From contig CAZSTB010000006.1 in the NCBI GenBank assembly GCA_964609855.1, positions 365 to 64,364 on the forward strand: a DNA stretch of 64,000 bases, given 5' to 3'. Within the stretch, counting starts at the first letter, position 1; the number at the start of each line of letters is the position of its first letter. The stretch comes from an uncultured Bdellovibrionales bacterium. Its GTDB lineage: Bacteria > Patescibacteriota > Minisyncoccia > Moranbacterales > GWC2-37-73. Under the pieces are notes generated by a model. The model saw only the letters and a list, made by a program, of their open reading frames with translations. It was not told where the DNA came from and did no database searches. The translations under genes and the position numbers were made by a program. Below, piece by piece: positions 46,548 to 54,584 of the stretch.

Positions 46548-47141
46548 ATGTCGCCTATGCAAAACAATTATTTAATCCCGACAGTAATTGAAAAAACAAA
46601 TTACGGCGAGCGCGCTTATGATATCTACTCGCGCCTATTAAAGGATCGTATAATTTTTTTGGGAACGCCGATTGATGATGGTGTTGCTAATGCGATTATT
46701 GCGCAGCTTTTATTCTTGGAGCAACAAAATCCCAAGGAGGATATCAAGCTCTATATAAATTCCCCTGGAGGAGTTGTTTCCAGCGCGCTGGCGATTTATG
46801 ACACGATGCAATATGTGCGTCCAGATGTGCAGACAATCTGTATGGGATTGGCTGCTTCCGGCGCCGCACTTCTTTTGGGTGCAGGAAAAAAAGGCAAGCG
46901 TTTCGTGCTACCAAATGCCGAAGTTATGATCCATCAAGTTATGGGAGGAACGTCCGGACAAGCTTCCGATGTGGATATCCATGCAAGACATATTTTGAAG
47001 ACCAAAGATGCGCTTAATAAAATCTTAGCCAAGCATACTGGGCAAAAAATCGCTAAGGTTGAAAAGGATACTGACCGTGATTATTTCATGAGCGCCGAAG
47101 AAGCAGTTGCTTATGGAATCGTAGATAAGTTGATATCGTAG
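46548..47141 (+). CDS. clpP: ATP-dependent Clp protease proteolytic subunit
   Basis: [38 protein letters not shown]. Confidence 0.97.
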   Translation: MSPMQNNYLIPTVIEKTNYGERAYDIYSRLLKDRIIFLGTPIDDGVANAIIAQLLFLEQQNPKEDIKLYINSPGGVVSSALAIYDTMQYVRPDVQTICMGLAASGAALLLGAGKKGKRFVLPNAEVMIHQVMGGTSGQASDVDIHARHILKTKDALNKILAKHTGQKIAKVEKDTDRDYFMSAEEAVAYGIVDKLIS

Positions 47142-47144
47142 GGC

Positions 47145-47260
47145 AGGAATTAGGAATTAGGAATTAGGAATTAGGAAAATTCAAAATAAAAAACACCATC
47201 AAGGTGTTTTTTATTTTCTCTGAATTTTGCTACAACCTACAACCTAATTCCTAATGCCTA
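47145..47260. repeat. aggaatt x4 array and degenerate inverted arm around a terminator
   Basis: aggaatt x4; AAAATAAAAAACACC/GGTGTTTTTTATTTT hairpin; ctacaac ctacaac ctaattc ctaatgc. Confidence 0.7.
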
Positions 47261-47265
47261 GGAAG

Positions 47266-48840
47266 CTATTTAAGCATTGGCAGTAGACTCTCTCCATTCA
47301 TGTCTGCTGGTTTTGGAATTCCTAGGATTTCTAAAATTGTGGGCGCAATGTCGCTAAGTAGTCCGCCGACTTCGCTTTGTTGCCTGACAATTTCTTCAGC
47401 TTTCTTTTCGCGATGATTGTCTGGGGTTATAAACCAAAAGGGGACAGGATTTGAAGAGTGTTCCGTATCAATTTGTCCGGTATGATAATTTTTGATTTCT
47501 TCAACATTCCCATGGTCGGCCGTAATCAGCACGCAACCACCCTTTTTTAAGATCGCGGGTATCAGCACGGAAAGGCTTTTGTCGATAGTTTGCACGGCGA
47601 TTGTGCAAGCAGCTTCATTCCCGGTATGACCAACCATATCGGCATTGGCGTAATTGGCAATAATAACGTCATATTTCTCCTCTTCGATGGCATCAATCAT
47701 TTTTTCAGTGAGCAAAGCAGCGCTCATTTCCGGGGCTTCATCGAATTTCGAAACGGCTGGTGAAGGAATCAGTACTCGATCTTCTCCGGGCCACGGCTCT
47801 TCTTTTCCTCCGTTGAAAAAGTAGGTAACATGCGCGTATTTTTCAGTTTCGGCGATTCGAAGTTGTTTTAATTTGTTCTCACTCAAAACTTGTCCGAGGC
47901 CGCCTTCAAGAGTTGATGGCGGGAAAGCAATTCCAACTGGAAGATCTTTTTCATATTCAACCAATGTGACAAAATCAATTTTTAAGAGATCTCGCTTAAA
48001 TCCTTCAAAGCCTGGAAGCACGAAAGCTTTGGTTATTTCGCGCGCACGATCTTCGCGAAAGTTGAAAAAAATAACTGCGTCGTCATCTTTCACTGTGGCC
48101 ACAGGTTTACCGTCCTCCATTATCACTGAAGGTTCTATATATTCATCAGTAATATCTTTTGCGTAAGATTCCTGCAGGCAGGCAATCGGGTCAGTCGCTT
48201 GGATACCAGTCCCTTCTGTTAAAAGACGATAGGCTTTTTCTACGCGGTCCCAGTTGTTGTTTCGATCCATACCCCAGTTTCTACCGCTTAGGCTGGCAAT
48301 TTTTCCAATCCCAATGGATTTCAGGTGATTTTGCAGATCTTGAATTGCTTTAGTGCCTGATGTTTGCGGTGAGTCACGTCCATCAGTGAAGACATGAATA
48401 AAGACCTTTGTGAGGCCTTTTTCTTTGGCCATTTCTAAGATTGCAAAAAGATGTTCAGCATATGAATGGACACTCCCTTGTCCGATTAATCCCATAAGAT
48501 GAAGTGAGGAGTCTTTGGTTTTAACGCTTTCCATGGCCTTGGAGAGAGCCTCATTTTGAAAAAAGCTGCGATCTTGAATGGATAAAGTTATCCTGGGAAG
48601 GTTTTGATAGACAATTTTTCCTGCGCCCATTGCCATGTGACCAACTTCACTGTTGCCGGATTCGCCCCAAAAAAGTCCCACAGAGATTCCGGAAGCTTGA
48701 AGCGTGGTCATGGGATAATATTGATCTAACTTTTCTATGGTTGGAAGTTTAGTCTCTTTCAGGACATTGCCTTGGGAATTATTACTGATGCCCCATCCGT
48801 CAAGAACAACTAGTGCGACTGGTTTATACATAATTTTCAT
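47266..48840 (-). CDS. gpmI: 2,3-BPG-independent phosphoglycerate mutase
   Basis: LDGWG, GNSEVGH, DGRD, NFR.DR, AETEKYAHVT, DMVGHTG, TADHGN. Confidence 0.97.
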   Translation of the reverse strand: MKIMYKPVALVVLDGWGISNNSQGNVLKETKLPTIEKLDQYYPMTTLQASGISVGLFWGESGNSEVGHMAMGAGKIVYQNLPRITLSIQDRSFFQNEALSKAMESVKTKDSSLHLMGLIGQGSVHSYAEHLFAILEMAKEKGLTKVFIHVFTDGRDSPQTSGTKAIQDLQNHLKSIGIGKIASLSGRNWGMDRNNNWDRVEKAYRLLTEGTGIQATDPIACLQESYAKDITDEYIEPSVIMEDGKPVATVKDDDAVIFFNFREDRAREITKAFVLPGFEGFKRDLLKIDFVTLVEYEKDLPVGIAFPPSTLEGGLGQVLSENKLKQLRIAETEKYAHVTYFFNGGKEEPWPGEDRVLIPSPAVSKFDEAPEMSAALLTEKMIDAIEEEKYDVIIANYANADMVGHTGNEAACTIAVQTIDKSLSVLIPAILKKGGCVLITADHGNVEEIKNYHTGQIDTEHSSNPVPFWFITPDNHREKKAEEIVRQQSEVGGLLSDIAPTILEILGIPKPADMNGESLLPMLK

Positions 48841-49029
48841 TTAAACATTTAAGCATTTAAACATTCAAACATATGTTAAACATAAAAGCCTCAATAATAA
48901 TCTTTGTATTTATGTTTATTGCTCGTATGTTTGTATGCTCACATGACATAGTTTAGCATTCCCTGAGCCTTTTGACAAAATGGGCCTTTTCCTTTAATAT
49001 AGGGCTAGCGTATAACTAAGTTAATATTG

Positions 49030-49195
49030 ATCGGTTCGATTTGATAAGTGATACAAATTTCCTCGCATTAAAGCGATTTTGCAATATAATTATGATTTAT
49101 TTTTCTCAGCAAAAACATAAAACTTTAGAAGAGAAAATTTAAGGTATTTTAAGATACCTTGCTTCAGTGCGTATTGCCCATCAAACGAAACGAAT
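49030..49195 (+). ncRNA. candidate structured RNA (6S-like rod or rny leader)
   Basis: nested long-range pairing TTTGAT/ATCAAA, GTGATAC/GTATTGC, GCATTAAAGC/GCTTCAGTGC; TTGACA-17-TAATAT promoter candidate upstream. Confidence 0.45.
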
Positions 49196-49203
49196 GAAAA
49201 AGT

Positions 49204-50730
49204 ATGGGAATCGGTGAATTAATAAGTATAATCTTGGGCCTCGCAGTTGGTGGAGGAGCTGGATACTATTTCAGGCAGTCTATTGCCAAGAAGCAATTAG
49301 ATAGCGCAGAAGGCAAAGCTGAAAAGTTGATAGAAGATTCTGAGAAAAAATCTCAGGAGACAATTTTGGCTGCCAAAAATAAGGCAGTTGAAATTCTGGA
49401 AGAAGCTAAGAGGCAGGAAAAAGAGCGCGAAGACCAAATTCTTCGCAGTGAGCAGCGTTTGGAAAAACGCGAGACTGCTTTGGACCAAAAAACTGAAGAG
49501 GTTGAGAATAGCAAAAAATTGCTTGAACAGAAAATTGAAGAAGTTAAAAAAATTCGTGAAGAATCTGAAGAAACCCGCAATCGGGAACTGGATAGGCTGG
49601 AGAAGATCGCTGGACTTTCAAAAGAACAAGCTAAAGCTATCTTGCTTCAACTTACTGAAGAAGAGAATCGCGACGCTTTAGCGCAACGCATTGCTAAGAT
49701 TGAAAAAGAGGGACGCGAGGATATTGAAAAACGCGCTAAGAATTTGATGACAAGCGTAATTCAAAAATATGCCGGTTCTCATGCTGCTGAAGTTGTAACC
49801 ACAACGGTTTCTATTCCTTCCGATGAAGTTAAGGGAAGAATTATCGGACGCGAAGGACGAAACATCAAAGCGCTTGAAAAACTTACAGGTGTGGAAATTA
49901 TTGTTGATGATACCCCTGAAGCAGTTGTAATTTCAGGATTCGACCCAGTTCGCAGAGAGATCGCCAGACTGACACTGGAAAAACTTATCGGGGACGGTCG
50001 CATTCATCCTACAAGGATTGAAGAAGCGGTGGAATTTGCCAAGAAAGAAATTGACAACAAGATTAAGGAAGCTGGCGAGGCTGCAACTTACGACCTGGGA
50101 ATTGCCGGTCTTGATCCAAAATTAGTGTATCTTATCGGAAGACTTAGATATCGCACAAGTTTCGGACAAAATGTTTTGCTGCATTCCCTGGAAGTTGCGC
50201 ATCTTTCTGGAGCCTTGGCTGCAGAGTTGGGGGCTGACGTATCAGTGGCTAAAAAAGCTGGACTTCTTCATGACATCGGAAAAGCTGTTGATCATGAAAT
50301 TCAAGGAACTCATGTGGAAATCGGAATTAAGATCATGGAAAAATTCAATATGCCTAAAGAGGTTATTGATGCAATGAAATCGCACCATGAGGATTATCCT
50401 TTCGAAACTCCCGAATCCTTTATTATCGCGGCTGCTGATGCAATTTCAGCTAGTCGTCCAGGAGCTAGAAAAGATACGCTGGAGAAATATCTGAAACGCC
50501 TTGAAGAGCTTGAAGCAACGGCGAATTCATTTCCAGGGGTTGAGAAAACTTATGCGATTCAAGCTGGAAGAGAAATTCGTGTATTTGTAAAACCAGAGGA
50601 AGTGGATGACTTGGGTGCTCTAAAAATGGCAAGAGAAATTGCTGATAAAATTGAAGCTGATCTTAAATATCCGGGAGAAATTAAAGTTAATGTTTTGAGA
50701 GAAACAAGGTCAGTGGAGTATGCAAGATAG
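49204..50730 (+). CDS. rny: ribonuclease Y
   Basis: N-terminal TM, coiled coil, KGRIIGREGRNI KH domain, LLHDIGKA HD domain, IQAGREIRV. Confidence 0.97.
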   Translation: MGIGELISIILGLAVGGGAGYYFRQSIAKKQLDSAEGKAEKLIEDSEKKSQETILAAKNKAVEILEEAKRQEKEREDQILRSEQRLEKRETALDQKTEEVENSKKLLEQKIEEVKKIREESEETRNRELDRLEKIAGLSKEQAKAILLQLTEEENRDALAQRIAKIEKEGREDIEKRAKNLMTSVIQKYAGSHAAEVVTTTVSIPSDEVKGRIIGREGRNIKALEKLTGVEIIVDDTPEAVVISGFDPVRREIARLTLEKLIGDGRIHPTRIEEAVEFAKKEIDNKIKEAGEAATYDLGIAGLDPKLVYLIGRLRYRTSFGQNVLLHSLEVAHLSGALAAELGADVSVAKKAGLLHDIGKAVDHEIQGTHVEIGIKIMEKFNMPKEVIDAMKSHHEDYPFETPESFIIAAADAISASRPGARKDTLEKYLKRLEELEATANSFPGVEKTYAIQAGREIRVFVKPEEVDDLGALKMAREIADKIEADLKYPGEIKVNVLRETRSVEYAR

Positions 50731-50736
50731 TGATAC

Positions 50737-50853
50737 AATTTTGAATTTCGAATTTCCAATTTTGAATAAAATTATGATGATCAAATGTTTCAAGCATTCG
50801 AAAATTTATTTATTTGGAGTTGATTTAAAATTAAAAATTTAAAATTAAAAATT
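50737..50853. repeat. inverted heptamer-array element (empty)
   Basis: aattttg/aatttcg x4, centre AAATGTTTCAAGCATT, taaaatt/aaaaatt x4. Confidence 0.75.
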
Positions 50854-50965
50854 TTCGTCTTGTAATCAAGACAGTTGTGTATAACTAAATTTGCTTTATC
50901 TGCAACAAAAAGAGTATAATCGGGTAAGTGAGATAAACATAAAACTAGAAAGGATGGTGACTACT

Positions 50966-51247
50966 ATGGCAAATGTAAACAAAGACGCTCTTGTTGATGC
51001 GATCGCTTCGAAAACTGAACTTTCAAAGAAGGCAGTGGAAAGCGTGCTGGAAGCACTTCTAGAAAAGATCACCGAAGAAATCAGACAAGAAAACAAAGTA
51101 ACATTGACTGGTTTTGGAACTTTTAAAGTTTCTCAACGCGCAGCTCGCGAAGGAATCAATCCTCAGACAAAAGCAAAAATCCAAATTCCTGCAATGACAG
51201 TACCAAAATTCACAGCTGGTAAGGCTTTGAAAGAGGCTGTTAAATAG
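50966..51247 (+). CDS. hup: DNA-binding protein HU (ORF track start 50891)
   Basis: NK..LVDAIA, GFGTF.V..RAAR.G.NPQT, P.F.AGK.LKEAV; SD-like GGATGGTG. Confidence 0.95.
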   Translation: MANVNKDALVDAIASKTELSKKAVESVLEALLEKITEEIRQENKVTLTGFGTFKVSQRAAREGINPQTKAKIQIPAMTVPKFTAGKALKEAVK

Positions 51248-51299
51248 AGTTATCTTATATTGAAAATATATTTTTTGAATATATCTACAAAAAGATGGA

Positions 51300-51330
51300 A
51301 ACAAAATCCTGCGCAAGCAGGATTTTGTTG
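51300..51330 (+). terminator. intrinsic terminator
   Basis: AACAAAATCCTGC-gcaa-GCAGGATTTTGTT. Confidence 0.75.
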
Positions 51331-51430
51331 TTCCTGGAAACGTTTGACTAAAATTTAAATTGTGTGTATCATTGATATTAGTTTGAAATGAGGCGCTGAC
51401 AGGATTTTCTTGTCCAGAGGTCAAATATAT

Positions 51431-51503
51431 CGGGGCGTGGTGTCAACGGCTAGCACGAGTGCTTTGGGAGCATTTAGACAGGGTTCGAATCCCTGCGCCC
51501 CGA
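51431..51503 (+). tRNA. tRNA-Pro(TGG)
   Basis: CGGGGCG/CGCCCCG acceptor; AGTGC-ttTGGga-GCATT anticodon arm; GGTTCGAATCC T-arm. Confidence 0.92.
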
Positions 51504-51567
51504 CATCAACAAAAAAATAAGGCAGACTTCAAAAGAGTCTGTCTTATTTTTTGTTGTATATGGAGTT

Positions 51568-51737
51568 CGCAGGGATTCGAACGGGCAGAAGCTAAGCAAG
51601 ATGTTGTTCAGCAGGACAGCATCGCAGTGTGCGTCGATGAATGCGACCATAGAAGCATTCAGCGCTGCCCAGGGCAAGGAAATTGTGAGCGACGGCGAAC
51701 AAGTGACGAGGAAATCCCTGCCTCTGCGCCCCGACCA
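51568..51737 (+). other. tRNA-Pro-derived structured element
   Basis: 15-nt antisense copy of tRNA 51483-51497 at the start; sense copy of the tRNA 3' end plus CCA at the end; flanked by terminator-like hairpins. Confidence 0.6.
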
Positions 51738-51898
51738 TGTGAAAAAATCCACCTTTTGGGTGGATTTTTGCTTTTATATTGATAAACTCTTTGGTTCTGA
51801 TATTTGAAAAATAGCTTTTTATACTTTGCCTTATTTGAGCCGTTATTTTATTTAATAGATATGGAATCAGAACCATGTGTTATAATTGATTTAATATT

Positions 51899-52093
51899 AT
51901 GGCTTGGGGAAAATTAACTTACTTTTTGGATATAGATATGACAGTAGAAAAATATAAACAGGCTTGGGAAAAATTCCAAAATAAAATGGCTGAACTTCGC
52001 AAGAGACGTCATGAAATTTTGGCAAGCATTTCTGAAAAATTAGATCAGCAGCATATGGAAAAATTAAGAAAAAAATTAAATGGCGATGAATAA
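51899..52093 (+). CDS. small coiled-coil hypothetical protein (start possibly 51938)
   Basis: amphipathic helical sequence; overlaps the start of the next gene. Confidence 0.55.
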   Translation: MAWGKLTYFLDIDMTVEKYKQAWEKFQNKMAELRKRRHEILASISEKLDQQHMEKLRKKLNGDE

Positions 52094-53687
52094 AGAACAA
52101 TTCAAATCAACTGAAAATGCTGAACAACAAGAAGCGCATGAAACTCATGAAGCTCTAAAAAGCGTTGAAAAATCAGCTGCTGAAATTGGTGTGCAGATGA
52201 TTGAGCGATCGGATAAGGAAGTCGTTGATTTTCAGCAAGAAGGTATTACTGAAATTAATCAAATGGAAGCGAGAGCTGAAAAAGACGGACTACAGGTTGA
52301 TAAAGAAGATAATGAGGAATTGCTAGTGTTAAATCATGAAGCTGCGATTGCGAAAAAAGAATTGGAGTCTGAAATTGATAGTCACGGTGAAAAGGAAAAC
52401 TTAGTGGAGAAATCATATTCAAAAGAAGACATAATTAAAGAATTTTCAGTAGAACATTTGAAATCCATTTCAACTGAAGATTACATTAAATTACTTCAAC
52501 GATTTCCGGGTGAAATGTTAACACATGTGACTAGGCGTGGCATTCGAGATCATGCAGATTTTGGAAATCATAAGGCTGGATTAGGCGAATATCATAGCTC
52601 ATTTCAAACCATTCTTCAAAAGAAGGAGCTTAGATCAGCTCTCGGTATAACTTTGCAAGAGTCTTCAGAGGAAGATGCTGTGTCAAAATTTTTAAAATTG
52701 AATGAATGTGATTCAAGAAATACTGCACTAGGGAGAATAAGCGGCGGTTTTGATACTGGATTAATAGGTGATCCTAGGGCATTTGCTGATTCAAGCGCGG
52801 TACATCTCGCAGCAGAATCTGTTGCAGATAGTACTTACGGAGGAGAAAGTGGTAATGAGATATTCTTTGCTTTCCCATCGGTTATGATTGCTTCTCAATA
52901 TGAATTTTCTGGAAATTTATCTGCAAGTGGTGCAAATAATGACCAGTATGTTTGGCCAGAAATTGATAAGGGATTATCAGTCGATTCCGGTATTGCATTT
53001 ATTCCAGAGGACGCTAGAGTTAATCCTGAAAAAGGATCAAAATATGAGCTTGACCAAGAGAATAAAACAAAGCCAACTGAGGGTATACAAGAGGTACTAA
53101 ATGCTAGATTTGGCGACAAACCGGGTTTCGTACAGGCATTTATTCAAGAAAGCTATAAATATAATGACTTACCAGAAAACGAAAGGAATGACGCCATTGA
53201 GAAAATATTAGATGAATTTGAAGTTAAAGATGGTAAAGCAAGAGAACTATTGTCTGACAGTGGCCTTGTGGAAAAATTATCGGAAATATGGGGTTTGGAA
53301 AATGAAAAGATGGAATATGAAAAAATATTAACAACATATTTTCAAGAAAAAGGACTTAATCCTTATAAATTAGCTGAGAATCCTGTTTCTTCGAAAGAAT
53401 ATTGGGAGGATTACTTTCATAAAAATCCAGAATCACGTCCAAAACATATAGTTTATTATTCAGGAGGAAATCCTACGAAAGCCATGAATCAATGGAGGGA
53501 GCAAAATGGAATCACAATAAAAGACGGTAGACCGGATATGGGCTTTTCTGAAAATGAAGCTTCTCGTGAGGAAAAAAATAAAAATGATACACAACAGCGT
53601 TTTGTTTCGATAGCTCGCAGCATAGTCGATAAGCACTTTCCAACAACTGCTCAAAATCCTTCTTATGAATATGATTGGCGCAAATAA
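52080..53687 (+). CDS. hypothetical protein, acidic coiled N-terminus plus globular domain
   Basis: 535 aa; THVTR.GIRDH, D.SAVH.A, YG.E.GNEIFF..P motifs. Confidence 0.75.
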   Translation: MAMNKEQFKSTENAEQQEAHETHEALKSVEKSAAEIGVQMIERSDKEVVDFQQEGITEINQMEARAEKDGLQVDKEDNEELLVLNHEAAIAKKELESEIDSHGEKENLVEKSYSKEDIIKEFSVEHLKSISTEDYIKLLQRFPGEMLTHVTRRGIRDHADFGNHKAGLGEYHSSFQTILQKKELRSALGITLQESSEEDAVSKFLKLNECDSRNTALGRISGGFDTGLIGDPRAFADSSAVHLAAESVADSTYGGESGNEIFFAFPSVMIASQYEFSGNLSASGANNDQYVWPEIDKGLSVDSGIAFIPEDARVNPEKGSKYELDQENKTKPTEGIQEVLNARFGDKPGFVQAFIQESYKYNDLPENERNDAIEKILDEFEVKDGKARELLSDSGLVEKLSEIWGLENEKMEYEKILTTYFQEKGLNPYKLAENPVSSKEYWEDYFHKNPESRPKHIVYYSGGNPTKAMNQWREQNGITIKDGRPDMGFSENEASREEKNKNDTQQRFVSIARSIVDKHFPTTAQNPSYEYDWRK

Positions 53688-53784
53688 ACCCAGGATCGTA
53701 CTTCAGTGTTTCAAATCTGGAATATAAACGTACTCATTCTTCTGTTAGAATACAGCTCTAAAATCGTCTACAACCTGCGACATT

Positions 53785-53825
53785 AATCAAAAAGCATACT
53801 TTTCGATAAGTATGCTTTTTGATTT
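53785..53825. terminator. terminator between convergent genes
   Basis: AATCAAAAAGCATACTT...AAGTATGCTTTTTGATT. Confidence 0.7.
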
Positions 53826-53923
53826 CCTGGGTTTGTTTTCAATTAAACTTAAAATAAAACAAAGGAGACATTTATTGAGCTCCTTGTTTTTAATGGAAAA
53901 TTTAACTTAAGCTCTAAATCGGC

Positions 53924-54370
53924 TTAACGAAAATTATTTTTCTTCATTTCGCTATGAATTTTTTCTACATGACGCTCAGTCTCCTTGTTCATCTTGAAGA
54001 GGACCGCCTTAACCTGCTCACTGGAATGGGCAAAAATTTCGAAACATTTTCTTTCGAGCATTGATTGCTCGATTCGCAATGCTGCCAGCAGTGCTTCGTG
54101 GTGGCTCATTTCTTTCGCTTGCGCTCTTTGTATCTCTTTTAAAACTGAATCCATAACGTAGTGAATTACGCCTCGGGAAAATTTATTTTCCTCCATTGGG
54201 TCCTCACCATCTTTTTGATTCCCGATTTGAGCCGCATGAGCCGTTTCCTCATTTGAAAGTTCTTCCCAAAAGTCCTTTTTAGCCGGTATTTTTTGCGAAT
54301 AAAGCGAATAGAGCGTCGCAATATTCAGTTCATTTTCTTCAAAAAGATGCAGTAGAGGTTTATTGTTCAT
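53924..54370 (-). CDS. rubrerythrin/ferritin-like protein
   Basis: E....LY, FW..L..EE..HA, IE..M.E, ET.RH di-iron-like motifs. Confidence 0.7.
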   Translation of the reverse strand: MNNKPLLHLFEENELNIATLYSLYSQKIPAKKDFWEELSNEETAHAAQIGNQKDGEDPMEENKFSRGVIHYVMDSVLKEIQRAQAKEMSHHEALLAALRIEQSMLERKCFEIFAHSSEQVKAVLFKMNKETERHVEKIHSEMKKNNFR

Positions 54371-54508
54371 AAATGTAATTTATATTTTACATAATTCTAT
54401 CAAGCAATTTTGTATTTTGCAATTTAAAATGTGAATTAATTGGCTTGGCAGGTAATTAAAAGTTATAAGAAGTAGGAGTGATAAAAAGGTAGACGTCGAA
54501 ATTATTAT

Positions 54509-54576
54509 TGGACAAAAGTTAAAAAACATGCTATAATGAAAAAAGATAAAGAAAGCGGGTGAAAGCCCGCTTTTTT
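54509..54576 (+). promoter_or_regulatory. promoter plus leader hairpin
   Basis: TGGACA-17-TATAAT; AAAGCGGG-tgaaag-CCCGCTTT plus T tract; similar to 12587-12660. Confidence 0.65.
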
Positions 54577-54584
54577 GTATATTT

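Noticed and set aside
51459-51876. Several ORFs on both strands downstream of tRNA-Pro
   Set aside because: They overlap the tRNA and the GC-rich structured element and have no protein-like motifs.
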